Assembly: GCA_016795325.1 (NCBI GenBank)
Contig: JAEUHY010000043.1
Coordinates: 30,174-94,173, forward strand
Length of the DNA stretch: 64,000 nt
Source of the DNA: Planctomycetota bacterium
GTDB taxonomy: Bacteria > Planctomycetota > UBA1135 > GCA-002686595
Reading direction: 5' to 3'
The notes under the pieces are model-generated. The model saw nothing but the letters and a program-made list of their open reading frames with translations, ran no database searches and was not told where the DNA came from. The translations under genes were made by a program, and so were the position numbers. Below are positions 45,277 to 54,600 of this stretch, piece after piece (position 1 is the first letter of the stretch; the number at the start of each line of letters is the position of its first letter).

Positions 45277-45302
45277 CGCCGCCCGGCAGGTCTCGGGCGG
45301 CG
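45277..45302. terminator. GC hairpin between convergent genes (weak terminator candidate)
   Basis: Stem CGCCGCCCG / CGGGCGGCG with an 8-nt loop and no U-tract. Confidence 0.3.
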
Positions 45303-45322
45303 CCGGGCGGCCCGCGGCCTGT

Positions 45323-48300
45323 TCAGCGACCGAGCAGGATGCGCGCGGCCGCCGGCAATTCCTCCGGCGCGACAGCGCCGTCGCCGTCGAGGTCCCAACG
45401 CTCGATGAAGCGGTCGGGCGAGGCGTCGATGCCGACGCCGGTCACGCCAGCGATGCGCTGGGCGAGTTCGGCCTCGCTGACGACGCCGTCCGCGTTGAGG
45501 TCGAGGTCCGTGAACAGGTCCAGGCGCTTGCGCAGGTCCCGCTGCGAGAGCTTCCCGTCCTTGTCGACGTCGAAGCGCGCGAGCACGGACTCCGCCGTCG
45601 CTGTCGGCGGCAGCGGCGAATACAGCACGCGGCGCGTGGGCCACTCGCTCTGTGGTCCCAAGATCCCGCGCTGTTCGAGGTAACGATTGCGCGGCGCATC
45701 GAGTTGCACGTAGCCGTCGCGATCGACATCGAGCGCCTCGAAGTCACCCGGTTGCACGGAGAACTCGCGCGCTTGCACGGCGCCATTGCGGTTGGTGTCG
45801 ACCTCGCGGAACTTCTTCGCCGCCCATTCGCCGCCGTAGCGCAGCTGGCGCCAATCGCCCGGGTGGCGCGACATCTCCGAGGGCGACAGCGCGCCGTCGC
45901 CATCCAAGTCCAGCGCGGCGAAGAACGCCTTCGAAGTCTCCCCGCGATCGAGGCGCCCATCCTTGTTCGCGTCGAACGTGTACGGCCACAGCCCGTCGAG
46001 CAGGCGCGAGAGGTCGCCGTCGCGGTCCACGCGCGTCGCCAGCACTCCACGCGGCGTGGGCTGTGAGGCTTCGGTCGTCGGCGGTCCGTGCAGGCCCGCC
46101 ACTCCCGCGAGTTCGGCGAGCAAGATGCGGCCGTCGCCGTTCGCGTCGAAGCTCGCCCCAGCGGCCTTGAGTTCCTCGCCGTCGAGCACGCCCGATCGAT
46201 CGACGTCCAGGCGCGCGAAGTGCAGCCGCGCGGTGTGCGCCGGCAATTCATCGTCGCGGCGCAGGTTGGTGACCGTGCCGAGCAACTCGCCCGGCACGCG
46301 CAGGATGCGATCGATCTCGCCCAGCTTCAGCCAGCGAGAGCCCACGTGGCTCACGTCCTTCAGCGGACGATCCGCCTCGTCGAGCATCTGATCGAGCGGG
46401 AACTTCTCCAGCGCGACGACGTAGGCCGAACGCAGCGCCGGCAGCGCGCCGGCCTGCTTGGGCGCAGCCGAAACCGTCGCGTCGACGAGCGTGACTCCGA
46501 GTTCGCCGGGAACGAGCGCCACGGTCTGCAGGAACGGCGTGTTGTAGAACGAGCCGAGGGCGAACATCTCGGTCGAGAAGCCGGCCTCGGTCTGGCCCAC
46601 GCTGCGTGCGCGGCGCGGCTCCGTGACGTCGAACACATGCAGCCGCGAGCGCACGTTGCCCCCGCCGTCGTCGACCTCGCCGAGCAAGTACACGTAGTCC
46701 CCTTCGCGCGTGCGCGAGCCGCCCTGCGGCTCCGCGAGATCGACGTGGCTGGCGATGTGCAGCCCATGCCAGGTGAGCGGGATCCTCCGCGCCCGGCTGC
46801 GCCCGTCGGGATCGGGAAACAGGCGGCTGGTGCGGCGCGGCTCCGTGGCGTCGAACAGGAACAGCCCTTCGCTCGCGTCGAGCGCCGCCACGAGCAGTCG
46901 CGCCGGCGTCCGTTTGGTGTCGTCGAGTTCGCCGTCCTTCACGCGCGGACGCGAATACTGGAACAGCGCCGCGACCTGCACGACGTCGTCTTGCTTCTCG
47001 GGGTTGTCGTTGGCGCGGAAGCCGCCCGCCAGGACCGGCGCGGCCGGGTTGCGCACATCGACGATCAGCACGCCGCCCGGTCCGTCGGCGACGTACACGT
47101 AGGGCCACTGCACGAACAGATCGTGCGCGTCGAAGGTCGGCAGCACGCTCGCGAGTGCGAGCTTGCGATCTGCTCCGTAGGCGAAGATCCGCAGACCGCC
47201 GACGCCGTCGGCCACGAACAGATGCTCGCCGGCGAGCTCGAGCGCCTTGGGCTGGATCGCGGTGACGAACTGCGTGCGCCGCAGCTCGGTGTTGTCGCTC
47301 GCGTCGAGCACGTGGATGCCGCGCTGGCCCTCCGCGGCGAACAACGTGCGCGCTCGCCCCTGGAGCGGGTCGCAGTCCAGTTCGAGCGCCACGATGTCGG
47401 GCAGCACGAACTTCGAGATCGGAGTGGAGGCCGCGAGGTTGGAGCGCTCGAGCGCGACGATCTCCAGGCCGCGGCGATCGGCGACGAAGGCGCGTTGGCG
47501 GGTGAGTTCGAAGTTGGCCGAGCCCAGCCCCCAGGTCGCCGACGAACGATGGCACTCGACACACCCGCGCGCCGTCGCGCGCACGGTGTGCATCTGGTGG
47601 TGGATCATCGTCATGCCCGACAGGCCCGCGGCCGTGACCGGCAGCCCCTGGTCGACCAGCACCTCGCCGTCCGCGTCGCGCGCCGTACCCATGGTCGAAA
47701 ACCCCGTCAAATACGGGGCGAAACGGCCCGCTTCGTTGAGTCCGGCGTAGAAGCTCTTCCAGGTCGCGAAGACCTTCTCCTGCGTCGTCACGCGCCCCTT
47801 GGTCTTGGCGCCGGAGAGCAGGTCGAGCTGCGTGAGCGACTCGTTGCGGTCGAAGTGGAAGCCCAGGAAGTTGGGGTTCCAATTCGAGTGGCAGACGTAG
47901 CACTCGAGCTTGCCGTGCGCCTTGGTCATCGCCGCCGCGGCGTCCGGGTTGTACTGCGGACGCTTGGGGTCGACCACGTACGCGACCTGCGTCACTTCGT
48001 GCTCGCGGCCGTCGACCTTGCTCTTCAGCACGACCTTGTCGCCCACGCGCTTCAAGTGCGTCAGCGGCGTCCCGCGCCCGGTGCGCAACGTCGCGGGCTT
48101 CTCGAACGTTCCGTGGCAATCCGTGCACGCGATCTCGACCGCATGCTCCATCGCGCCGTACAGCTTCCCGTCCCCCATCACATCGTTCTGCGTGTGGCAG
48201 TCGATGCAGTGCATGCCCTTCTCGTGGTGGATGTCCGGCGGGCACAGCGCGGGGTCGTCGAGATAGAACTGCCGGTTGAGCAGCGCATCGGTCGTGCCTG

Positions 48301-49228
48301 GGATCTCCGGGCCGCCGGGTGCGCCGGGCGGAAGCTGCGAAAAACCGCGGAAATTGAGGCCGATCGTCGCATCGCCGTAGTGGCACGACGTGCAAGTGTC
48401 CGTGGTCGGCGCACGCGTCATGGCGTGGACGCGCGGATGACCGGGCTCGCTGCGACGGGCGCTGCGGTCGGCGCTTTCGGACAGCCCGTCGCGCGCGTAC
48501 GCGACGTGACACGCCGCGCAGCCTTCGCCGCGGTAATCGCCGTCGAAGCCCACGCGCCCGCGCACGGCGCGCCCCTCCGACCACAGGTGGCACTGCATGC
48601 ACTCCTTGCGCGCGAGGTCAGAGAAGTGCGAGGAGATCTGGTTGCGCGGGCCGCCGTCGCGGTGTGCGGGAACCTGCGTAAGCGCCTTGACGTCGCCCGG
48701 CTCGGCGAGGTGCGGCGGCACGTTGAAGACCGAGAAGGTCGAACCCTTCTTGGGGGCCAAACCCATCTCGTAGTAGCCGTCCGAGAGGTGGCCCGCCGTC
48801 GTTCCGTGCAGGCTCGTGTGCACGTCGCGCACTTCGCTTTCGTGGCACGGAGAGCAGGTGAGCTTTGCGACCCGCAGGTCCATCGGATTGCGAAAGCGCC
48901 GCCACGGCAGATCGTCTTCCTGGCCCGCGACGCGCTCGTCCTTCCCGGAACCCGGCGGAGGCGGGACGTGCGCCTCGAGCTTGTTGCGCGCGGCGCCGTT
49001 GCCGCCGTGGCAGTCCACGCACGAGAGCTCCGCCTGCGGATGCATGCTCTCGATCCCATCGTGGCACGCGACGCAGCCCGCGTCCGCGCCCGAGCGCGCG
49101 CCCTGTTGCGAGGGCGCGCCCTGCACCGAACCTTGCGGCGCGAGCAGCGCAGCGACCGCCAGTGCGAAGACAGCGAGCACACTCGCCGCACCGCGCGCGT
49201 AGCGCAACACTGCCAACTTCGCTTTCAC
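45323..49228 (-). CDS. Decaheme c-type cytochrome fused to an LVIVD-type beta-propeller region and a C-terminal EF-hand array (1301 aa)
   Basis: GTG start with signal ...ALLAPQGSVQG. Ten CxxCH motifs: CVACH, CVDCH, CSPCH, CMQCH, CAACH, CTSCH, CIDCH, CTDCH, CYVCH, CVECH. LVIVD-like strands include GGVLIVDVRNPAAPV and LHVFDVTEPRRA. There are 9-10 DxDxDG loops in the last ~300 aa. Confidence 0.9.
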   Translation of the reverse strand: MKAKLAVLRYARGAASVLAVFALAVAALLAPQGSVQGAPSQQGARSGADAGCVACHDGIESMHPQAELSCVDCHGGNGAARNKLEAHVPPPPGSGKDERVAGQEDDLPWRRFRNPMDLRVAKLTCSPCHESEVRDVHTSLHGTTAGHLSDGYYEMGLAPKKGSTFSVFNVPPHLAEPGDVKALTQVPAHRDGGPRNQISSHFSDLARKECMQCHLWSEGRAVRGRVGFDGDYRGEGCAACHVAYARDGLSESADRSARRSEPGHPRVHAMTRAPTTDTCTSCHYGDATIGLNFRGFSQLPPGAPGGPEIPGTTDALLNRQFYLDDPALCPPDIHHEKGMHCIDCHTQNDVMGDGKLYGAMEHAVEIACTDCHGTFEKPATLRTGRGTPLTHLKRVGDKVVLKSKVDGREHEVTQVAYVVDPKRPQYNPDAAAAMTKAHGKLECYVCHSNWNPNFLGFHFDRNESLTQLDLLSGAKTKGRVTTQEKVFATWKSFYAGLNEAGRFAPYLTGFSTMGTARDADGEVLVDQGLPVTAAGLSGMTMIHHQMHTVRATARGCVECHRSSATWGLGSANFELTRQRAFVADRRGLEIVALERSNLAASTPISKFVLPDIVALELDCDPLQGRARTLFAAEGQRGIHVLDASDNTELRRTQFVTAIQPKALELAGEHLFVADGVGGLRIFAYGADRKLALASVLPTFDAHDLFVQWPYVYVADGPGGVLIVDVRNPAAPVLAGGFRANDNPEKQDDVVQVAALFQYSRPRVKDGELDDTKRTPARLLVAALDASEGLFLFDATEPRRTSRLFPDPDGRSRARRIPLTWHGLHIASHVDLAEPQGGSRTREGDYVYLLGEVDDGGGNVRSRLHVFDVTEPRRARSVGQTEAGFSTEMFALGSFYNTPFLQTVALVPGELGVTLVDATVSAAPKQAGALPALRSAYVVALEKFPLDQMLDEADRPLKDVSHVGSRWLKLGEIDRILRVPGELLGTVTNLRRDDELPAHTARLHFARLDVDRSGVLDGEELKAAGASFDANGDGRILLAELAGVAGLHGPPTTEASQPTPRGVLATRVDRDGDLSRLLDGLWPYTFDANKDGRLDRGETSKAFFAALDLDGDGALSPSEMSRHPGDWRQLRYGGEWAAKKFREVDTNRNGAVQAREFSVQPGDFEALDVDRDGYVQLDAPRNRYLEQRGILGPQSEWPTRRVLYSPLPPTATAESVLARFDVDKDGKLSQRDLRKRLDLFTDLDLNADGVVSEAELAQRIAGVTGVGIDASPDRFIERWDLDGDGAVAPEELPAAARILLGR

Positions 49229-49232
49229 GCGC

Positions 49233-50366
49233 TCAAGCGTACAAGCGCGGGAGCGCCTTGGCTTTTGCGCGCGGCGCCGTTGTTCCGAGCAGTTGGCACA
49301 CCGTCGGGCACAGGTCGACGGCGCGAACGTCGTCCTCGATGACCCGATCTCGGGCGAATTCCGGCCCCCAAGCGACCGCGGAGACGAACTCCAGGTCCTC
49401 GGACCCGTCGCCGTGGTCGAGCCCGCGGCGCGAGTTCAGGTCGCGGTCGCGCCCGAACTCCGGACAGGCGATCACGGCCGTCGAGTCGCGCAGGGCCGGA
49501 TCCGCCCGAATGGCCTTCATCAGGTCCCCGATGGCGGCGTCGTTCTGGCGCACCACGTCCGCGTAGCCGTTGAAGTTGCCGTGCGCGATGTCTGCGCTCT
49601 GGAGCACGATCGCGACCAGCCGCGGCTTGAACAGCACGAGCAGGTTGCGCGCGACGCGGATCGCCTTGGCGTCGGCCGCGTTCGGGCCGCGCAGGCTCGC
49701 CGTGCCGCCCGTCAGCTCATCGAGGATGAAACGCTCGACCTGCGCCGCCGACTCGGCGTTGTTCAGCGCCGCCTTGGGGTCCGCGCCGCCGATCGACGCA
49801 CGCATCTTCGCGAGCAACTCCGCCTCGCGCTCGTCGAGCTTCTTCGGCCGCCCGAGCGTCTCGAGGATCGACTTGAACTCGGCGTTGAACAGCCCGTCGC
49901 CGTCGACCGTGTTCGCGCCGTAGCGCTCGCCGTAGTCCGCGTGCGTGCTGTAGCTGTAGTTCGTCTGCTGCGCACCGCCCGAGGTTGCAATCCACACGTC
50001 CTTCGCCGCGAGACCCAGCCCCTTGCGCGCGTACTCGAACAGCGTGGGCTCCTCTCCGCGGCCGTTCTCGCGAATTCCACGCGGCTCGGCCACCCCGGTG
50101 AACAGCGAGAGCGCCGCGCCGTAGTGCCCGAGGTTCGAGCTCTTCACGCGCTTGTAGAGCACGCCTTCCTTGGCGAGCGACACGAGGTTCGGCACGTTCG
50201 ACGGCGAACCGAAGGTCTCGCGCGTGCGCACGCCGCCGGCGAAGCCGATCAGCACGACGTGCTTGGTCTTGCGCTCGGCGCTCTGCGCGCCGAGTCCGGC
50301 GCTCAGCGCGAGCGTTGCAGCCGTGGCGCCGAGGAAGGTGCGGCGATTCAGCGCTTCGAACGACAT
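49233..50366 (-). CDS. DUF1501-family protein with twin-arginine (Tat) signal
   Basis: GAGGAG precedes ATG at 50366. The Tat motif is NRRTFLGATAATLALSAG. The sulfatase-fold-like DUF1501 pattern includes VVLIGFAGG.R..ETF and ...EFGRDRD...GLDHG. The stop is 4 nt before the cytochrome start. Confidence 0.88.
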   Translation of the reverse strand: MSFEALNRRTFLGATAATLALSAGLGAQSAERKTKHVVLIGFAGGVRTRETFGSPSNVPNLVSLAKEGVLYKRVKSSNLGHYGAALSLFTGVAEPRGIRENGRGEEPTLFEYARKGLGLAAKDVWIATSGGAQQTNYSYSTHADYGERYGANTVDGDGLFNAEFKSILETLGRPKKLDEREAELLAKMRASIGGADPKAALNNAESAAQVERFILDELTGGTASLRGPNAADAKAIRVARNLLVLFKPRLVAIVLQSADIAHGNFNGYADVVRQNDAAIGDLMKAIRADPALRDSTAVIACPEFGRDRDLNSRRGLDHGDGSEDLEFVSAVAWGPEFARDRVIEDDVRAVDLCPTVCQLLGTTAPRAKAKALPRLYA

Positions 50367-50385
50367 GCGATTCTCCTCGTTGACT

Positions 50386-51486
50386 TCAGTAGAGCTGGTA
50401 TTCGGCGTGCGTGACGAGCGCGTAGAGCACGGTGGCGGGGCGACAGGCTTCGTCGGCGAAGGCGGCGGCGAAGGCCTCGAGCTCTTGGGCGGAAGGCGCG
50501 CGGCCGAGCAGCGCCTCGAAACGTTGGGCGATCCACGCGCGCGGATCGCGGATCGACTTCTTGTCGGGGAGCGCGACCATTCCGGAGTCGATCAGCACGC
50601 GCGCGAACACCGAGCGCAGCGGACCGGCGTCGCTCATGCCGTCGAGCGCCGTGCGCAGGCGCCGCGCCTCGGCTTCGTCGGGCGCGCGATCGAGCAGGTC
50701 GACGTACAGCGCGCGCGCGAACAGTCGGTTGGACACCGGCCGCTTGCGCGCCGCGCGGCGATCCCAGGCTTCCGAGAGCAGCCACTCGCGCACGATGGCG
50801 CCGTACTCCCGCGGAGTTTGGTGGAAGCGCCGCGCCCATTCGGCGCGCTCCTTCGCCGGCGCGCTCTCGCCGAGCAGACGTTCGTACTCGCGCGCGACGA
50901 ACGTCTCCGCGAAGGCCTTGTGGTGCAGCGCAATGTCGACGATGTCCGCCTGGCGCTTGCCGACCTTGCCCAGGAACGTGCCGCCGGCGCCGTCGTAGAT
51001 CGCCTTGCCGACCTCGAGCTCGCGCACGTTCTTCTGCACCGTGATGCCGGTGAACTGCTCGAGCACGACGGTGACGAACGTGTCCGCGCCGGGATTGCGT
51101 TGGTCGAAGCTGGGCGAGAGCGCGATGCGGTGCGTCGCCTCGCGCGGGTCGAGCTTGCCCGCCGCGAGGTCGGCGGGGATGGCGAGCACGCGCTCGCTCT
51201 CGGGGCGGAAGTTGTCGATCAGGAAGAAGTAGTACAGCTGCTCTTCCAGCCACTGCGACCAGAACGGCTCCGAGCCGAGCAGCGCGTCGAGCAGCGTGTG
51301 GCGCGCCTGACCCAGCCAGCGCTCGCGTTCGGCCGCGAAGGGCGGCCGTCCGAGCAGGTCGCAGAACACCGAGCGCAGCGTGGCGGCATCGAGCGCCCGG
51401 GCCGGCGAGGCCTGCGTGCGGCCGTCGTCGAGCGGCGCCTGTCCGGCCTGCGTCGCGCTTGAGGTCCAGGAACTCGACGGTGCCAT
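50386..51486 (-). CDS. DUF1549/DUF1553 (or DUF1800)-like protein, partner of DUF1501 (366 aa; assignment tentative)
   Basis: ATG at 51486. Three motifs of the type ..DLLGR.P...E...... are present (FCDLLGRPPFAAERERW; YVDLLDRAPDEAEARRL; FEALLGRAPSAQELEAF). The C-terminal ...LVTHAEYQLY resembles the N.xEF..-type end of those families. I see no CxxCH and no obvious signal peptide. Confidence 0.65.
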   Translation of the reverse strand: MAPSSSWTSSATQAGQAPLDDGRTQASPARALDAATLRSVFCDLLGRPPFAAERERWLGQARHTLLDALLGSEPFWSQWLEEQLYYFFLIDNFRPESERVLAIPADLAAGKLDPREATHRIALSPSFDQRNPGADTFVTVVLEQFTGITVQKNVRELEVGKAIYDGAGGTFLGKVGKRQADIVDIALHHKAFAETFVAREYERLLGESAPAKERAEWARRFHQTPREYGAIVREWLLSEAWDRRAARKRPVSNRLFARALYVDLLDRAPDEAEARRLRTALDGMSDAGPLRSVFARVLIDSGMVALPDKKSIRDPRAWIAQRFEALLGRAPSAQELEAFAAAFADEACRPATVLYALVTHAEYQLY

Positions 51487-51603
51487 GACAGGCAGTCTAT
51501 CCCCCCCGTGGAACCGCACTACACGCGGTCTACAGCCCCTGGCGAATGGTTCGATAAGCAGGAGAACGAGGCGCCGCGCCCCAGCCGTCTCGATACTTCC
51601 CCC

Positions 51604-54600
51604 GTGAAGAACTCCACACGCCACGGCCTCTACGGCCTGCTGACCGCGCAGTCGCTCGCGAGTTTCGTCGATTACGCCTGGAAGTTCGCGGTGACGCTGC
51701 TGCTCCAGCGCGGGATCGAGAACGACGGCGCGCGCCTGCAGAGCGTGATCACGCTCGTGACGGTCGTGTTCGGCCTGCCGCTCGCGCTCGGCGCGTTGCC
51801 GGCGCTCGCCGTGGTCGACCGCTTCAGCAAGCGCAGCGTGGTGATCGCCACGCGCGTCGCCGAGTGCGCGCTGCTCGCCACGGGCGCGCTGCTGCTCGCA
51901 CGTCGGCCGGAGGGCGGCCCGGAATTGCTGTGGATCGTCGGCGCGCTCGGCGTGTGCGCCGCGCTGCTCTCGCCGGCGAAGTACGGCCTGCTCCCGCAAC
52001 TCGTGCCGCACTCCGAGCTCTCGCGTGCGAACGCGTTGCTCGAACTCTCGACGCTCGTCGCGATCGTCGCGGGCACGGCCGGCGGCGGCTGGCTGCTCGA
52101 GCAGACGGGCGCTTCGACCTGGATCGTGCCCGCGTGCCTCGCGGCGCTCTCGGCGTTCGGACTTGCAACCGCGCTGCGCATTCCGCCCGTTGCGCCGAGC
52201 GACGCGAACTCGCGCTGGAGCGATGCCGCGCGCAGTGCGGTCGCAGCGATCCGCGGCGACCGCGTGCTCGCACTCGCCGTCGCCGGCTCCGCGCTGTTCT
52301 GGAGCGTCGCGAGCCTGCTCGGCCAGAACATCCTCGCCTACGGCAAGCTCGAGCTCGCACTGAGCGAACAACTCGTCGGCGCGCCGCTGGCCGTGATGTC
52401 GATCGGCGTGGGCCTGGGATGTTTGCTCGCCGCGCGCATGTCGCGCTCGAAGGTCGAAATCGGCCTGCTTCCGCTCGGCAGCGCGTTGCTCGCGACGCTC
52501 GTCGCAGCCTTCGCGGCGACGAAGCCCGGCTTGGGCGGTTCGATCGCGTGGATGACCGCGATCGGCATCGCCGGCGGCCTGCTCGTCGTTCCGCTCAACG
52601 CGCTGATCCAGTGGCGCGCGCCCGAAGAGCGCCGCGGCGCCGTGATCGCCGCCTCCAACGTGGTCGTGTTCGCCGGCGCGCTCATCGGCTCGCTCGCCTG
52701 CGGCTGGCTCGCGGAACTGGGCCTCTCGACGCCCGCGATCTTCGCCGCGAGCGCCGCGCTCGTCGCCCTGTGCGCCGCGTGGGCCCTGTGGCTCGCGCCG
52801 CTCGCACTCGTGCGTCTGGCGATCGTCGCGCTCACGCAGAGCGTCTACCGACTGCGCGTGCGCGGCCTCGAGCACGTGCCGCACAAGGGCGGAGCGCTGC
52901 TCGTGCCCAACCACGTCTCCTTCGCCGACGGCTTGTTCCTGCTCGGCAGCATCGACCGCCCGATCCGCTTCCTTGTCGACGCGCCGTTCTTCGACAAACC
53001 CGGCATCGGGCACGTGCTGCGCTGGCTCAACGCCATCCCGATCTCGTCGACCGGCGGTCCGCGCGTGATCCTGCGCGCGCTGCGCGCCGCGGGCGAGCAC
53101 CTCGACGCGGGCCACGTCGTGTGCATTTTCGCCGAGGGCCAGATCACGCGCACCGGCATGTTGCTGCCCTTCCGCCGCGGGCTCGAACGCATCGTCAAGG
53201 GCCGCAACGCGCCGATTCTCCCCGTGTACCTCGAAGGCGTGTGGGGCTCGATCTTCAGCTTCCACGGCGGGCGTTTCGGCTGGAAACTGCCCGCGCGCAT
53301 TCCGTATCCGGTGAGCGTGTCGTTCGGCGCGCCGATCGCGCCCGGAACGCCGCTGCACCGCGTGCGCCGCGCCGTTCAAGCACTCGGCCAAGAAGCGTGG
53401 CAAGAGCGTTTCGCGAAGGCGCAGCCGCTGCACCGCAGCTTCGTGCGTCGCGTGCGTGCGGCGCCGCTGCGAATGCTGTTCGCCGATGCGAACAAGCCGC
53501 GCGTTTCGCGCCTGCAGGCGCTCGCCGGTTCGATCGCGCTCGCTCGCAAGTTGAGCGAACGCTGGCGCGCTCAAGAGCACGTCGGGCTGCTCTTGCCTCC
53601 GTCCGTGGGCGGCGCGCTCGCGAACCTCGCGGCGTCCTTCGCGGGCCGCACGACAGTCAATCTCAACTACACCGCCGGCGTGGCGGGCATGGGCTCGGCG
53701 GCGAAACAAGCTGGACTGCGCACGGTCGTCACGACCCGCCTGTTCCTCGAGAAAGCGAAGCTCACGCTGCCCGAAGGCCTCGAGCCGATCTGGCTCGACG
53801 AAGTCGCGGCGCAGGTGAGCACAATCGATCGACTGACGGCGCTTGCGCTGGCGCTGTTCGCTCCGACGCGCTGGATCGAAGCGGCTTGCGGCGCCGAACG
53901 CGCTCCGAGCGCCGACGACGTCGTCACCGTGATCTTCTCCAGCGGTTCGACCGGCGAGCCCAAGGGCGTGATGCTCAGCCACGCCAACATCGCCTCGAAC
54001 TGCGCCGCGCTCGATCAGATCTTCCACGTCGGCCCGCGCGAGAAGGTGCTCGGCATCCTGCCCTTCTTCCACTCGTTCGGCTTCACCGCGACGATCTGGT
54101 TCCCCGCGACCAGCGGCTTGGGCGCGGTCTTCCACCCCAGCCCGATCGACGCGCCCGCGATCGGCGAGCTCGTCGAGCGCCACCAGATCTCGTTCCTGCT
54201 CGCGACGCCGACGTTGCTGTCGATCTACATGCGGCGCATCGCGCCGGCGCAGTTCGGATCGTTACGGCTCGTGCTCGCGGGCGCGGAGAAGCTCTCCGAG
54301 CGGCTCGCCAACGCCTTCGAGGACCAATTCGGCATTCGCCCGCTCGAAGGTTACGGCGCGACCGAATGTGCGCCGGTGATCGCTGCGAGCCAGCTCGACT
54401 TCCGCGCCGCCGGCTTCTACCAACCCGGTTGGCGCCGCGGTTTCGTCGGCCAACCGCTGCCCGGCGTCGTGTGCCGCGTCGTCGACCCCGACACGTTTGA
54501 AGATCTGCCGCCCAACACGCCGGGCATGCTGCTCGTGCGCGGCCCCAACGTGATGAAGGGTTATCTCGGGCGGCCCGATCTGACCGAGAAGGCGCTGCGG

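Noticed and set aside
45323-49228. Possible selenocysteine or recoding site in the multiheme cytochrome
   Set aside because: The 1301-codon frame is uninterrupted, with no in-frame TGA, so no recoding needs to be invoked.
46088-49342. 1084-aa plus-strand ORF, and the 784-aa alternative minus frame (46248..48602), across the cytochrome gene
   Set aside because: No CxxCH or other motifs, with Arg/Ala/Val/Gly shadow composition. The 45323..49228 frame has ten CxxCH motifs, LVIVD strands and EF-hands.
51487-54183. Upstream 900 codons of track ORF 50386..54183 (minus strand)
   Set aside because: They lie antisense to the LplT-PlsC-Aas gene, which has unmistakable motifs. A DUF1549/1553-like sequence with an ATG start begins only at 51486.
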